Assembly (NCBI GenBank): GCA_050695155.1
Contig: JBOGTO010000180.1
Location: 1 to 64,000, forward strand
Length of the DNA stretch: 64,000 bases
Direction: 5' to 3'
DNA from: Ktedonobacteraceae bacterium
GTDB lineage: Bacteria; Chloroflexota; Ktedonobacteria; Ktedonobacterales; Ktedonobacteraceae
The notes under the pieces are model-generated. The model did not search any database. It was given only the letters and a program-made list of their open reading frames with translations, and was not told the origin of the DNA. The translations under genes and the position numbers were made by a program. Numbering within the stretch: position 1 is the stretch's first letter; every line of letters begins with the position of its first letter. This document shows positions 29,101-37,540 of this stretch, one piece after another.

Positions 29101-32100
29101 GGGATGTGGCGGGATTCGCGCGCAGGAGGCTATGCAATCCGCCATCGGTGGTGATGGCGGAAAAGAATGGTACCACGCACATAACGCCGATGGCCGCGAT
29201 CATTGTCAATCCTGCTACGGAAATGAGCAGTGGGCTGCGGCGTAATTGTAAAAGTGTTAGTTGCCACGTCGTCATGCTGATGGAGAGACGCTCGCGGCGT
29301 CTCTTTGCTGGTTTTACTTTTGAGCGAGGCGTGGCAACCTCTTCGCGCGTGATAAAATCCAGCCGCGCATCATCTTGTAAACGCAGTTCCTGGCTCATCG
29401 AACGCCGTATCACCAGCGAGACCATCAGACTGAGCGCAATGGCGCAGGTTGCCACAAAAACCAGCAGGGCTATTAGCAGCGAGAAAGGCAGCGTCACCTG
29501 TACCGGGATGATGTGTTGCAGGGTGAGAAAATCAAAACCGTTCGTGTTGAATGCGCCGGGAGGAACACCTGTGAAGACCAGCACAGGCACCACCGTGAAG
29601 GCGAGCAACACCCCGAAGAGCAATCCGAGCAGCAGCGCCAGCGTATAAATGATGCCCTGTTCCCACAGGAAGAGGCTGGCAATCCCTCGTATGGACGTAC
29701 CAAGCGCGCGTAAGACCACAAAGCTGGTGAGCCTGCTGCGCGCGCTTAGCCAGGAGGCCAGCAAATTTCCAAATAATGCCAGCAGAAAAGCGGCGGTTAC
29801 GCCGAGCGCCAGTATTGCGATCACGTTGAAATAGAGTGGGTCGTTGAGCAAAGCGCTTGCCAGCGCGTAGCGGTTCGAGAGGTTGTCCAGATGTAAACCT
29901 GAAGAAGTTAATTGCGTATTTACGCTATTAACAACCTCGGTGTCATTGGAGGTGCGCAACCAGACGTGGTTTACCGCAATTGGTAACTGTTCGATATTGG
30001 CCTGGATTGCTGCCAATGCTTGATAATCTACCAGAATGCCGTTTTCGACGCTCTCGTCAATGGCTGGTATATGGTTGACAATGGCGATTACCACAAGTTG
30101 TGCGCTGCTGATAGAGGAGTTCCCTTGAAAGACGCCGTTCGAGTACACTGGAAATGTCGAGCCGACATGCAGTTTCAGGTTGCTTGCTGTAGCTGTAGTA
30201 ATAATGGCGGGTACGCTATTCGATTTAATAGCGCTATTGCGCCGTGAAAGCAGTTGTGCCATCAACGATGAGAGCGATTGCTGCGAATCTTGCTCAGTCC
30301 AGTAGGCGGTGCTGGCATAAGTAGTCGGATCAACAGCGCGTACCAGCAGTGGAACATAAGGCGTTACCACCACCGAGCGCGCCGCCTCTTCGTATCCAAC
30401 CGAGGCCGAAGTTACCCCCGGAATGTGGCGATAGAGTGCGGTTTCCTCTGATAATGGATAGGTGGCAGAATCCGCCGGAATAGCGCCGTTGAAATCCGCT
30501 CCCACCTCGAAAGAGGCGATGTCATTGGCTCGTTGCGCCTGCGATGCGGCAAAGACCAGCGTGAAGAAAGCGAAGGAGATAGTCAGGGCCAATAGCAGCA
30601 CCATACGCAGGGATTTGCGTGGGGCGCGGCTGATCTGCGCCAGGGCCAGCAAAGGGGTAGCGTTGCGCCCCCTGGCGGCAAGCCTGGCTGCCAATCGTAA
30701 CAGCCAGGGGAAGATGCGCATGAGCAGCAGCATGGCGGCCAGCAGCAGGAAAAATGGCCCGATGAAGGCCAGGGGTGTCACAACCAGTGCCTGTATCTGG
30801 GTATCTAATTGTTGCTGGATTGAACCCAGGTAGATCGATATGCCGTAACCTACCAGCGCCACCAGCGCGGCGAAGAGATCAAGATTGAGACGCCGCCAGA
30901 GCGGAAAACGCGCTCTGCGTCCGCTGGCATTGTTTGCTGCCAGCAGATTGAGGCGTGTAATGCTCAAGAGCGACAGACCCATCACGACGATGGCGACCAG
31001 TACGGTAATCAGCGCGTAATAACGCACGCTCCATAGCGCCTGGACAGGCGCATTCATGACCACCGACAGCGCGCCCAGGTCCCTGTCGCCGAGCAATAGC
31101 CGCACAATCAGAGGTAAGGCGAGCGGCGTCAGCAGCACACCAAAAATAAGCGCAGCGATGCTCAGGCCAATGCATTGCGTGAGCAGCGAAACAAAAATCT
31201 GGAAATTGCTGGCTCCCCGGCTGCGTAAGACCACGATAGTCTCTGCCTGCCGGTCAACCAGTAAGATAATCATCACGCTGATGAAGAAAAGCAGCAAGAA
31301 GACAACCAGCCCGGTAAGCAAGCCGATGGGAACGCGCAGAGTCCCAAGCCGCGTGCGGAATTGTTCCAGCAAGCTCGGTTGAGTCTGTGAATGGAAAGCC
31401 GCGCCGGAGAGAAACAGACTTAATCCGCTGCTGGCAAAGTTTTTGGAGATATCTAGCTGCACTTGATTGAGACTGGCGATGAGATCGTCAAGCTGGCCGG
31501 TTGAGATGCTTAGAGGATTTAGATGATAGTACCAGTGGAGCAATGATGGATAGGCAAAAGTGAGTTGACTCTGCTGGTATTTTTGCGCAATAGCGTCAAA
31601 GGCGGGAAGTAAGATGGTGTTCGAGGTTAGCGCTGAAAGCGTTGTGAGGGGAAACTTGTCTGACGGAGGTATTGGCTGGTAGTTATTGTCATGCCAGTAC
31701 GGATCGTTTGTTCGCACATTGAAGATGCCGACAACATGTAATTTGAGTGGTTGCTCTGTAGGCACAAGCTGGTGAGTCACCGGAGACTGAGCCAAAAGCG
31801 CTAATTGCAACGTGATAACATCATTGAGTTTCACACCTAAAAACTTTGCTGTTGCCGGTGTGATAGCTATTTCGACAGTATTGGCGTTGTCGGATGGCAA
31901 TCTTCCCTGCAATAATGTAACGTGGCTGGCCGAGAGGCGCATCGAAGTGGCATATATGGTCATTACGGATGGGGGGAGTTTTGCTGGTGAGATAAAGCTG
32001 AAATCGGGAGTCTGTATCTCCGATCGTGGAGGGTCATTGAAAAAGCCACGCAAATCGCTCTGAAAAGAAGGATCAATCAATGAGGAGACAGTGTTGACCG

Positions 32101-32374
32101 TTTGAGTGGTGAGGCCTGGTACGCTGACCTGCGCGGCCAGTTCTGCATTCTCCGGCGGCGAAGTAAGCGCGCTGCGCAGCCCGGCGGTTTGTAGCACCTC
32201 CGAAAGCAGGGGAATGGTACAAACAAGGGTGATGGAAACGATCATGCCCAGCGTGATAACCAGCAAAAGCAGCCAGTGCTGTCGCCAACGCGCTCGAGCC
32301 AGCGTAAATAGAGAAGAGATGCCGGGAGAGGACTTGTGGGGCGCTTGTGCTGTACTCATACGTTTTCCATCCAT
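26156..32374 (-). CDS. Giant (2072 aa) membrane protein with four FtsX/MacB-type permease modules, that is, an internally duplicated double-FtsX ABC-transporter permease
   Basis: Four occurrences of the FtsX core (LLVDRQAETIVVLRSRGASNFQI; VLRALGTSIRGIASLF; LLVDRQADAIAVLRSRGASSRQI; TLRSLGATSLQVAGQF), each preceded by a TM helix and a large extracytoplasmic domain. The N and C halves are mutually homologous. Confidence 0.8.
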   Translation of the reverse strand: MDGKRMSTAQAPHKSSPGISSLFTLARARWRQHWLLLLVITLGMIVSITLVCTIPLLSEVLQTAGLRSALTSPPENAELAAQVSVPGLTTQTVNTVSSLIDPSFQSDLRGFFNDPPRSEIQTPDFSFISPAKLPPSVMTIYATSMRLSASHVTLLQGRLPSDNANTVEIAITPATAKFLGVKLNDVITLQLALLAQSPVTHQLVPTEQPLKLHVVGIFNVRTNDPYWHDNNYQPIPPSDKFPLTTLSALTSNTILLPAFDAIAQKYQQSQLTFAYPSLLHWYYHLNPLSISTGQLDDLIASLNQVQLDISKNFASSGLSLFLSGAAFHSQTQPSLLEQFRTRLGTLRVPIGLLTGLVVFLLLFFISVMIILLVDRQAETIVVLRSRGASNFQIFVSLLTQCIGLSIAALIFGVLLTPLALPLIVRLLLGDRDLGALSVVMNAPVQALWSVRYYALITVLVAIVVMGLSLLSITRLNLLAANNASGRRARFPLWRRLNLDLFAALVALVGYGISIYLGSIQQQLDTQIQALVVTPLAFIGPFFLLLAAMLLLMRIFPWLLRLAARLAARGRNATPLLALAQISRAPRKSLRMVLLLALTISFAFFTLVFAASQAQRANDIASFEVGADFNGAIPADSATYPLSEETALYRHIPGVTSASVGYEEAARSVVVTPYVPLLVRAVDPTTYASTAYWTEQDSQQSLSSLMAQLLSRRNSAIKSNSVPAIITTATASNLKLHVGSTFPVYSNGVFQGNSSISSAQLVVIAIVNHIPAIDESVENGILVDYQALAAIQANIEQLPIAVNHVWLRTSNDTEVVNSVNTQLTSSGLHLDNLSNRYALASALLNDPLYFNVIAILALGVTAAFLLALFGNLLASWLSARSRLTSFVVLRALGTSIRGIASLFLWEQGIIYTLALLLGLLFGVLLAFTVVPVLVFTGVPPGAFNTNGFDFLTLQHIIPVQVTLPFSLLIALLVFVATCAIALSLMVSLVIRRSMSQELRLQDDARLDFITREEVATPRSKVKPAKRRRERLSISMTTWQLTLLQLRRSPLLISVAGLTMIAAIGVMCVVPFFSAITTDGGLHSLLRANPATSQILLNTSTQALSTKTVQGVKHSIDPLAQKDMGQYLTGSPFFTIQEPDFQPVALPASQVSLVSLVSAPMQQAASHLTLLQGRLPGNNSGAIETLLTPDTARTLGVNVGSSLAINLNIYAANANGSPINQIITLHMLVVGLIKVAPDDSVWHGNDFEPVTQGTQEYSDTLLVSNEAFLAALDQAASALHTDAVFTSQPFVLTWNYHLNVAALTTSQLNAAMGSLGQLQADIAHLSGNIQNNQPVSGITSFPYLLQVALSDSVAGTSDLPGILTRYQSRVDVIAIPIFILSVLIIGLMLYFVSLIAYLLVDRQADAIAVLRSRGASSRQIFNAMVMQSIILGLIALVIGPLLALIAATLLASRNLSPTGQDALTYFTGHLWDALLSVGWYALATAAAAILALIIALRYAAGMNIHALRQETARAVHRPIWQRLRLDVVAIVIAFAGYFISLYVNSTQNVSATRSIVLFSSPLTLITPLFLVIGCILLLLRLYPLLLQLGAWLSARGKGATPMLAFAHMARSPRQTLRVTLLLALTVAFAIFSLVFTASQTQRSSDIAAFESGADFSGDVVTSSNAQKASLSNVTTPYQKLPGVISASGGYNGDGVVTVQFQDTHIAVRAVAADIFAQTAYWTTQDSSQSLASLMAQLVQQRQDSIAQGRVPVIIDASAASSLNLQVGSKFVVTMSGLPDYALDTNTSALNSVVIAIVQHIPTVNAGTTQDAGGSTITVGGGMLLDYTTFAHVYRVNNSLNMIGPVLSPSMLNISPNLLAELFATKNAVLPVNHIWLHTTDDAQALAHVRAALNASPLRLANLFDRRALLDTLNVEPLYLDLLTLLTIGATITLLLVLIGYVLASWQNAKLRSGTFTTLRSLGATSLQVAGQFVLEQGFVFVIALLIGFVLGGILSATVVPTLVFSDVPISGILSNLSDSQFYAIQHTFPRQVVIPPTLGMALALFAAICIIAIGTMVWTVMRPSLGQAIRLNED

Positions 32375-32612
32375 ATCATAATAGATGTGAGTAATGTCAC
32401 CTACTCAAGATGCTCCTACTTTACTCCAGAGATACCAGAGAGTCAACAATATTTTACATAGTTGGTGATATAGCGTAGCCCGCGCCAACTCATATCATCA
32501 ACTAGAAAGAGACCTGCTTGCAATCATCCGCAGAAAGAAGCATAATTACAGTAATACAATCAGCATTGTCGCTGATTATGCCTGAGTAATCCTCTGGAGG
32601 ACTTTAATAAAC

Positions 32613-33653
32613 ATGAACGGAAAGATGAAGGCGGCCCTCAAAGTGGAGGCAGCGCCTGGAGCAACGGTTGCCCTGGTGGATATTCCTACCATTGGTTCGC
32701 GTGATGTGCTGGTACAGGTGAAGGCGGCTTCTATCTGTGGCACAGACATGCATATCTACGAGTGGGATGCGTGGGCGCAGAGCCGTGTGCGCACCCCGCG
32801 TATCTTCGGTCACGAATTCGCGGGCGAAGTGGTTGAAGTAGGCCATGAAGTCGTCGAGCTTGTACCCGGTGATTTTGTGGCGGCTGAAACGCACATCACC
32901 TGCGGTCATTGCTACCAGTGCCGCACCGGTCAGGCGCACGTCTGTCGCAATGTGCAGATACTGGGCGTTGACCGCGACGGCGCGTTCGCCGAGTATATCG
33001 CCATCCCCGAAAGCGTCGCCTGGAAAACGGGCAAAGAAATTGACCATAGCGTCGCCTCGATTCAAGAGCCGTTTGGCAACGCGGTACACGCCACCTTCGC
33101 GGGCGAAATCGCCCAGCGCACAGTAGCAGTCTATGGCTGCGGCCCTATCGGCTTATGGGCGGTTGGCCTGTCGCGTATCTCAGGAGCAAGTACCATCTTC
33201 GCCATTGAACCCAACCACAAACGCCTTGATATGGCGACCGCTATGGGAGCAACCTATGCCCTCAACCCGCGCGAAGTCGATCCTGTAGAACATATCCTCG
33301 ATGTCACGGATGGTCTCGGTGTGGATGTGGTACTAGAAATGTCGGGACATCCCGGAGCCATCCGCCAGGGCTTCAAGTCCCTACGCAACGGTGGCCGTGT
33401 TTCGCTGCTAGGCTTACCTACAAGTATGATTGAGCTTGACCTTGCCAACGACATCATCTTCAAAGGCGCAACCGTGCAGGGCATCTCCGGGCGGCGTATC
33501 TTTGACACCTGGTATCGCACGCGCCGTATCCTCGAATCCGGCGAGCTAGACCTTAAACAGGTAATCACCCATACTCTACCCTTCGAGCGCATTCACGACG
33601 CTATGGAAATCATGAAATCCGGCGATTGCGGCAAAATCGTCATGACGTTTTAA
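32613..33653 (+). CDS. tdh: L-threonine 3-dehydrogenase (zinc-dependent MDR family)
   Basis: Collinear with E. coli Tdh: ICGTDMHIYEWD, GHEFAGEVVEVG, ITCGHCYQCRTGQAHVC. Immediately followed by kbl. Confidence 0.85.
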   Translation: MNGKMKAALKVEAAPGATVALVDIPTIGSRDVLVQVKAASICGTDMHIYEWDAWAQSRVRTPRIFGHEFAGEVVEVGHEVVELVPGDFVAAETHITCGHCYQCRTGQAHVCRNVQILGVDRDGAFAEYIAIPESVAWKTGKEIDHSVASIQEPFGNAVHATFAGEIAQRTVAVYGCGPIGLWAVGLSRISGASTIFAIEPNHKRLDMATAMGATYALNPREVDPVEHILDVTDGLGVDVVLEMSGHPGAIRQGFKSLRNGGRVSLLGLPTSMIELDLANDIIFKGATVQGISGRRIFDTWYRTRRILESGELDLKQVITHTLPFERIHDAMEIMKSGDCGKIVMTF

Positions 33654-33667
33654 TAAAGAGGAAAAAC

Positions 33668-34846
33668 ATGGATAAACTGCAAGCATACTTGAAAAACGAA
33701 CTGGACGGCCTGCGCGCCAAAGGTGTATTCCACCTGCCGCGTGTGCTGGAAACAGAGCAAAAGGCTACCGTCGTCATTGATGGACACGAAGTGATTACCC
33801 TGTCGTCAAATAACTATCTGGGCCTCACTGTCCATCCCCGCCTGCGCGAAGCGGCCATCAAAGCCATCGAGCAATATGGCGTGGGTTCTGGCTCAGTGCG
33901 CACCATCGCGGGTACCATGACGCTGCATAATGTGCTGGAAGAGAAGCTGGCGCATTTCAAGCATACCGAGGCTTCGCTGACCATCCAGTCCGGTTACGCG
34001 ACGAACCTGGGGGTGATCTCCGCTGTGATGCAGGGTGGCGACATGATTATCAGCGATGAACTGAACCACGCCAGCATCATCGACGGTATCCGCCTGAGCA
34101 AGTCGCCGCGCAAGGTCTTCCCGCATAAGGATATGGCCGGGTTGCGCCGCGTGTTGGAAGAGTCGAAGGGCGCGAACAAGGTGATGGTCGTCACCGATGG
34201 CGTCTTCAGCATGGATGGCGATATTGCTCCCCTGCCCGAAATCGTGGCGCTGGCCGAGGAATATGGCGCATTCGTGATGGTTGATGACGCGCATTCGAGC
34301 GGCGTGCTGGGCAAAAATGGACGTGGCAGCGTCAGCCATTTTGGCCTGGATGGCCGTGTCGCGCTGCAAATCGGCACGCTCTCGAAAGGCATCGGCGCGT
34401 TGGGAGGCTACGTGGCCTGTAGTCAGGATATGCGTGATTTCCTGCTGCAACGCGCGCGCCCCGTGCTGTTCAGCACCTCGCACCCGCCCTCTGTCGTGGC
34501 AACCTGCATAGCCGCGCTGGACATTCTCGAAGAAGACAATAGCCTCGTCGAACGGCTGTGGGAGAATACTGCATTCTTCAAACGCGGTCTGGAGCAGCTT
34601 GGTTTCAACACGGGCAAGAGTGAAACGCCCATCACGCCCGTCATCGTGGGCGAAGGCGCGTTAGCCATGAAGCTCAGCCAGCGTCTCTTTGAGGATGGCG
34701 TCTTCGCGCAAGGCATCGTCTATCCAACCGTTCCCGCCGATAAGTGCCGTGTGCGCACCATCGTGACGGCCATTCACACCCGCGAGGAACTGGCGAAGGC
34801 GCTGGACATCTTCGAGCGCGTGGGCAAGGAACTGAGTATCATTTAA
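33668..34846 (+). CDS. kbl: 2-amino-3-ketobutyrate CoA ligase (glycine C-acetyltransferase)
   Basis: Alpha-oxoamine synthase family; PLP-Lys motif region TLSKGIGALGGY. RBS AGAGGAAAAAC before the ATG at 33668. Forms the classic tdh-kbl operon. Confidence 0.85.
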   Translation: MDKLQAYLKNELDGLRAKGVFHLPRVLETEQKATVVIDGHEVITLSSNNYLGLTVHPRLREAAIKAIEQYGVGSGSVRTIAGTMTLHNVLEEKLAHFKHTEASLTIQSGYATNLGVISAVMQGGDMIISDELNHASIIDGIRLSKSPRKVFPHKDMAGLRRVLEESKGANKVMVVTDGVFSMDGDIAPLPEIVALAEEYGAFVMVDDAHSSGVLGKNGRGSVSHFGLDGRVALQIGTLSKGIGALGGYVACSQDMRDFLLQRARPVLFSTSHPPSVVATCIAALDILEEDNSLVERLWENTAFFKRGLEQLGFNTGKSETPITPVIVGEGALAMKLSQRLFEDGVFAQGIVYPTVPADKCRVRTIVTAIHTREELAKALDIFERVGKELSII

Positions 34847-35640
34847 GAGCAGGCAAGACCAGCTTTTCGATGGCGACAGCAACGCCGTCCTCGGCGTTGC
34901 TGCTCGTCACATAATCCGCCTCGGCCTTCACTTCGTCGTGTGCATTACCCATCGCCACGCCCAATCCTGCGAAGCGCAACATGCCGATGTCGTTATGATG
35001 ATCGCCGAACGCCACCACTTCTTCCGCTTTGATACCCAGGTCTGCCGCGATGTTGATGAGCGCGTTGCCCTTAGAAACGTCGGGGTGCAAGAACTCGATC
35101 AGGTCAAACGATGATTGTGTGACGTACAATTTTCCGGCGTACATGCGCTCAAACTCGTCGCGTTTGGCGCGAATCAATTCTTCAGGGCCGATACCTACAA
35201 CCTTCACACAGGGCAGGGATAAGCTGGTAATATCTTCGACCTGTATGGCGGGTGGTACGGGAGGGCGATACCACTCTTGTACGCGAGGAGCGCCAATATC
35301 CGCAAAGACGCGATGCACGGTGTGATAGGCGCGATAGAAGCCAGCCTCGCGCAGCATGAGCAGCGTTGGGAGGACGAATTCTTGCGGCAAAAGCTTTTCA
35401 TGATAGATAGTGCCGGAAATATCGGCGATGATCGCGCCGTTCTCAATGATTTGTGGCCCGTTCAGCGGTAAATCGCCGCATTCGTGCCGCAACACGGCCA
35501 GGTTCTGTCCGGTGGCAATCACGATAGTCATACCAGCATCGGCAGCCACGCGCAGGGCATTACGAGCGCGCGGAGTTATGATTTTGTGGGGGCGTGGGCT
35601 AAGCAGAGTGCCGTCAAGGTCGATAGCCAGCAGGCGGTAC
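34839..35640 (-). CDS. Cof-type HAD-family hydrolase; start reassigned to a TTG with an AGGAG RBS
   Basis: HAD motif I LLAIDLDGTLL, motif IV VVAFGDHHNDIGMLRFAGLGVAMGNA. The tabulated ORF runs a further 350 bp 5' through a palindromic repeat, which looks artefactual. Confidence 0.7.
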
Positions 35641-35721
35641 AAATGATATGCTCCTGAATTGATAAACGTTTGTCTTGTTGTCTCACTTAGTATATCTGCC
35701 AGGCAGGCTGTATTGCAAGAT

Positions 35722-35848
35722 CCGCCCCACCCCGGATGCCCGCAAGGGGCATCCCTACATATCCAGACGCCCCTTTCCCACACGGGGGTAGGGGTTGGGT
35801 CGCCATATATGTAGGGATGCCCCTTGCGGGCATCCGGGGGTGGGGCGG
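35722..35848. repeat. Long GC-rich inverted repeat with ~41-bp arms around a ~44-bp spacer, in the divergent intergenic region between the HAD and mrp genes
   Basis: ccgccccaccccggatgcccgcaaggggcatccctacatat ... atatgtagggatgccccttgcgggcatccgggggtggggcgg. The arms are complementary apart from one G indel. Confidence 0.6.
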
Positions 35849-35932
35849 CGGCTATTCCTTGTGTCTCGCGTCCTTGCCAAATGCATCTAACGCCCTTATA
35901 CTTCAAGCAGGTTATCATTTTAGATTTTTGGA

Positions 35933-36841
35933 ATGTGGAGATTTCGTGTGCAAGGACGTATTCGACGAGAGCGCGTAGAGCGAGTGGCACATCTTATTGT
36001 GGTGGGTAGTGGCAAGGGCGGCGTTGGCAAATCGACGGTGAGCGTTAATCTCGCGGTTGCGCTGGCGCGGCGCGGCTACCGGGTTGGACTGCTCGATGCT
36101 GATACTTATGGCCCCAGCGTACCGATGATGCTGGGGGTGCGCAAACGCGGGGAGAGCCAGGGATGGCGCGCCACCCTGCCGCTTGCCCAACGCGGGATCA
36201 TAGCGCCGGAACAGATGGTGCAACCATTGTTGCGGTACGGTGTCAAGGTGATCTCGGTGGGCTTCTTTATTGGCGAGGAACAGGCGGTTGGTTCGATGCC
36301 GGATGTGCAGGGAATGCTCATGCGCCAGCTTCTTCACAGCGTGAACTGGGGAACACTCGACTACTTGCTGATCGACCTTCCTCCGGGCAATGGCGAGCCA
36401 CAGGCTACGCTGTGCCGCGAACTGGAACTGGATGGAGCCATTCTGGTGACTACACCGCAGGATATTGCCCGCATCGATACCGCCAAAGGCGCGGGCATGT
36501 TTCAGAGCGCAGGCGTTCCTATCCTGGGCCTGGTGCAAAATATGGCCGGTTTTATCTGTCCCAACTGTGGCGAGCGCGTGGATATTTTCCCTGTCAGCAG
36601 CGAAGCTTCTTCCCTCTTGCATGATATGCCCTTGTTGGGCGTAGTTCCACTTGACCTCGCCACCGCTAGAAGCGGCGATGCGGGACAACCAATCGTCGTC
36701 ACCATGCCAGAATCACTCGTGTCGGCTGAATTTTACGGCATCGCCCGGCAGCTTGTGGAGCGGGTTGAGGCTCATCATACATCCGATCAAGAAAGCGCCG
36801 GGGATGAAACGGAGATTGAAGCGTCAGAAGATGAACAATGA
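35933..36841 (+). CDS. apbC: Mrp/NBP35/ApbC-family Fe-S cluster carrier ATPase
   Basis: Deviant Walker A GSGKGGVGKST, DYLLIDLPPG, and the C-x2-C motif CPNCGERVDIF. Confidence 0.8.
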   Translation: MWRFRVQGRIRRERVERVAHLIVVGSGKGGVGKSTVSVNLAVALARRGYRVGLLDADTYGPSVPMMLGVRKRGESQGWRATLPLAQRGIIAPEQMVQPLLRYGVKVISVGFFIGEEQAVGSMPDVQGMLMRQLLHSVNWGTLDYLLIDLPPGNGEPQATLCRELELDGAILVTTPQDIARIDTAKGAGMFQSAGVPILGLVQNMAGFICPNCGERVDIFPVSSEASSLLHDMPLLGVVPLDLATARSGDAGQPIVVTMPESLVSAEFYGIARQLVERVEAHHTSDQESAGDETEIEASEDEQ

Positions 36842-36899
36842 CGAACAATAACGCTACTAATAGAGCAGTACGAGAGGTATCACACGACATAACGCAAGC

Positions 36900-37379
36900 A
36901 TGAAAGCGATAGGCATGAAAGAGAAGATTAAGGGTATTCTGGCAGGTCTGATTTACAAGATCATCGTACTGCTGACATTAGGGCAGATTTCTCCACTGCT
37001 TGGCGCGGGCATCATCATTGAACAGGATGGCAAGATATTGTTGATTGACCGTTCTGACGGATTGGGCTACACCATCCCCGGCGGTATTGTGCGCCACAGT
37101 GAAACTGTCGAGCAGTGCGTGCTGCGCGAGGCACACGAGGAGACGGGCTATACCGTCAAGATTACCGGTCTGGTGGGCGTCTATTCAGCGCCCCGGCGCG
37201 ACCCACGCTTCCGCGCTATAGCCATTGCCTATAAAGGTTGCATAGTTGAAGGCACTTTGTGCGGTTCTGGCGAAGGCGCGGCGTGTTGGCGTACCCTGGA
37301 TGAGGTATGGGGGCGTATGGCATTCGATTGCGAAGAGATGCTTAAAGATTATCTCAGCGGTCAAATCCGTTACCTTTGA
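36900..37379 (+). CDS. NUDIX hydrolase
   Basis: Nudix box GGIVRHSETVEQCVLREAHEETGYTV (G-x5-E-x7-REUxEExGU). Confidence 0.75.
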   Translation: MKAIGMKEKIKGILAGLIYKIIVLLTLGQISPLLGAGIIIEQDGKILLIDRSDGLGYTIPGGIVRHSETVEQCVLREAHEETGYTVKITGLVGVYSAPRRDPRFRAIAIAYKGCIVEGTLCGSGEGAACWRTLDEVWGRMAFDCEEMLKDYLSGQIRYL

Positions 37380-37540
37380 GGTGCAGATTGTGGCTCGTTG
37401 AACTGCATTGAAACATGCGAAAGTACTAGAAATTGAGCGCAACTTGACTATATCACAAGCGTAGGGTAAACTTCACAAGATCAACTGTGCCAATCATCCA
37501 GCTTTGCCCCTGCATGGCAGATTGAGGGAGGGAATACTTC

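Noticed and set aside
35641-35990. N-terminal 117-aa extension of the HAD hydrolase ORF. Similar extensions occur on the lipoprotein (48389-48580), the radical SAM gene (44085-44374), the BON gene (20565-20600) and NuoB (3461-3601).
   Set aside because: The extensions run through palindromic repeats or overlap divergent genes, lack homology, and downstream starts with good RBS (for example AGGAG-7nt-TTG at 35640) fit family alignments.
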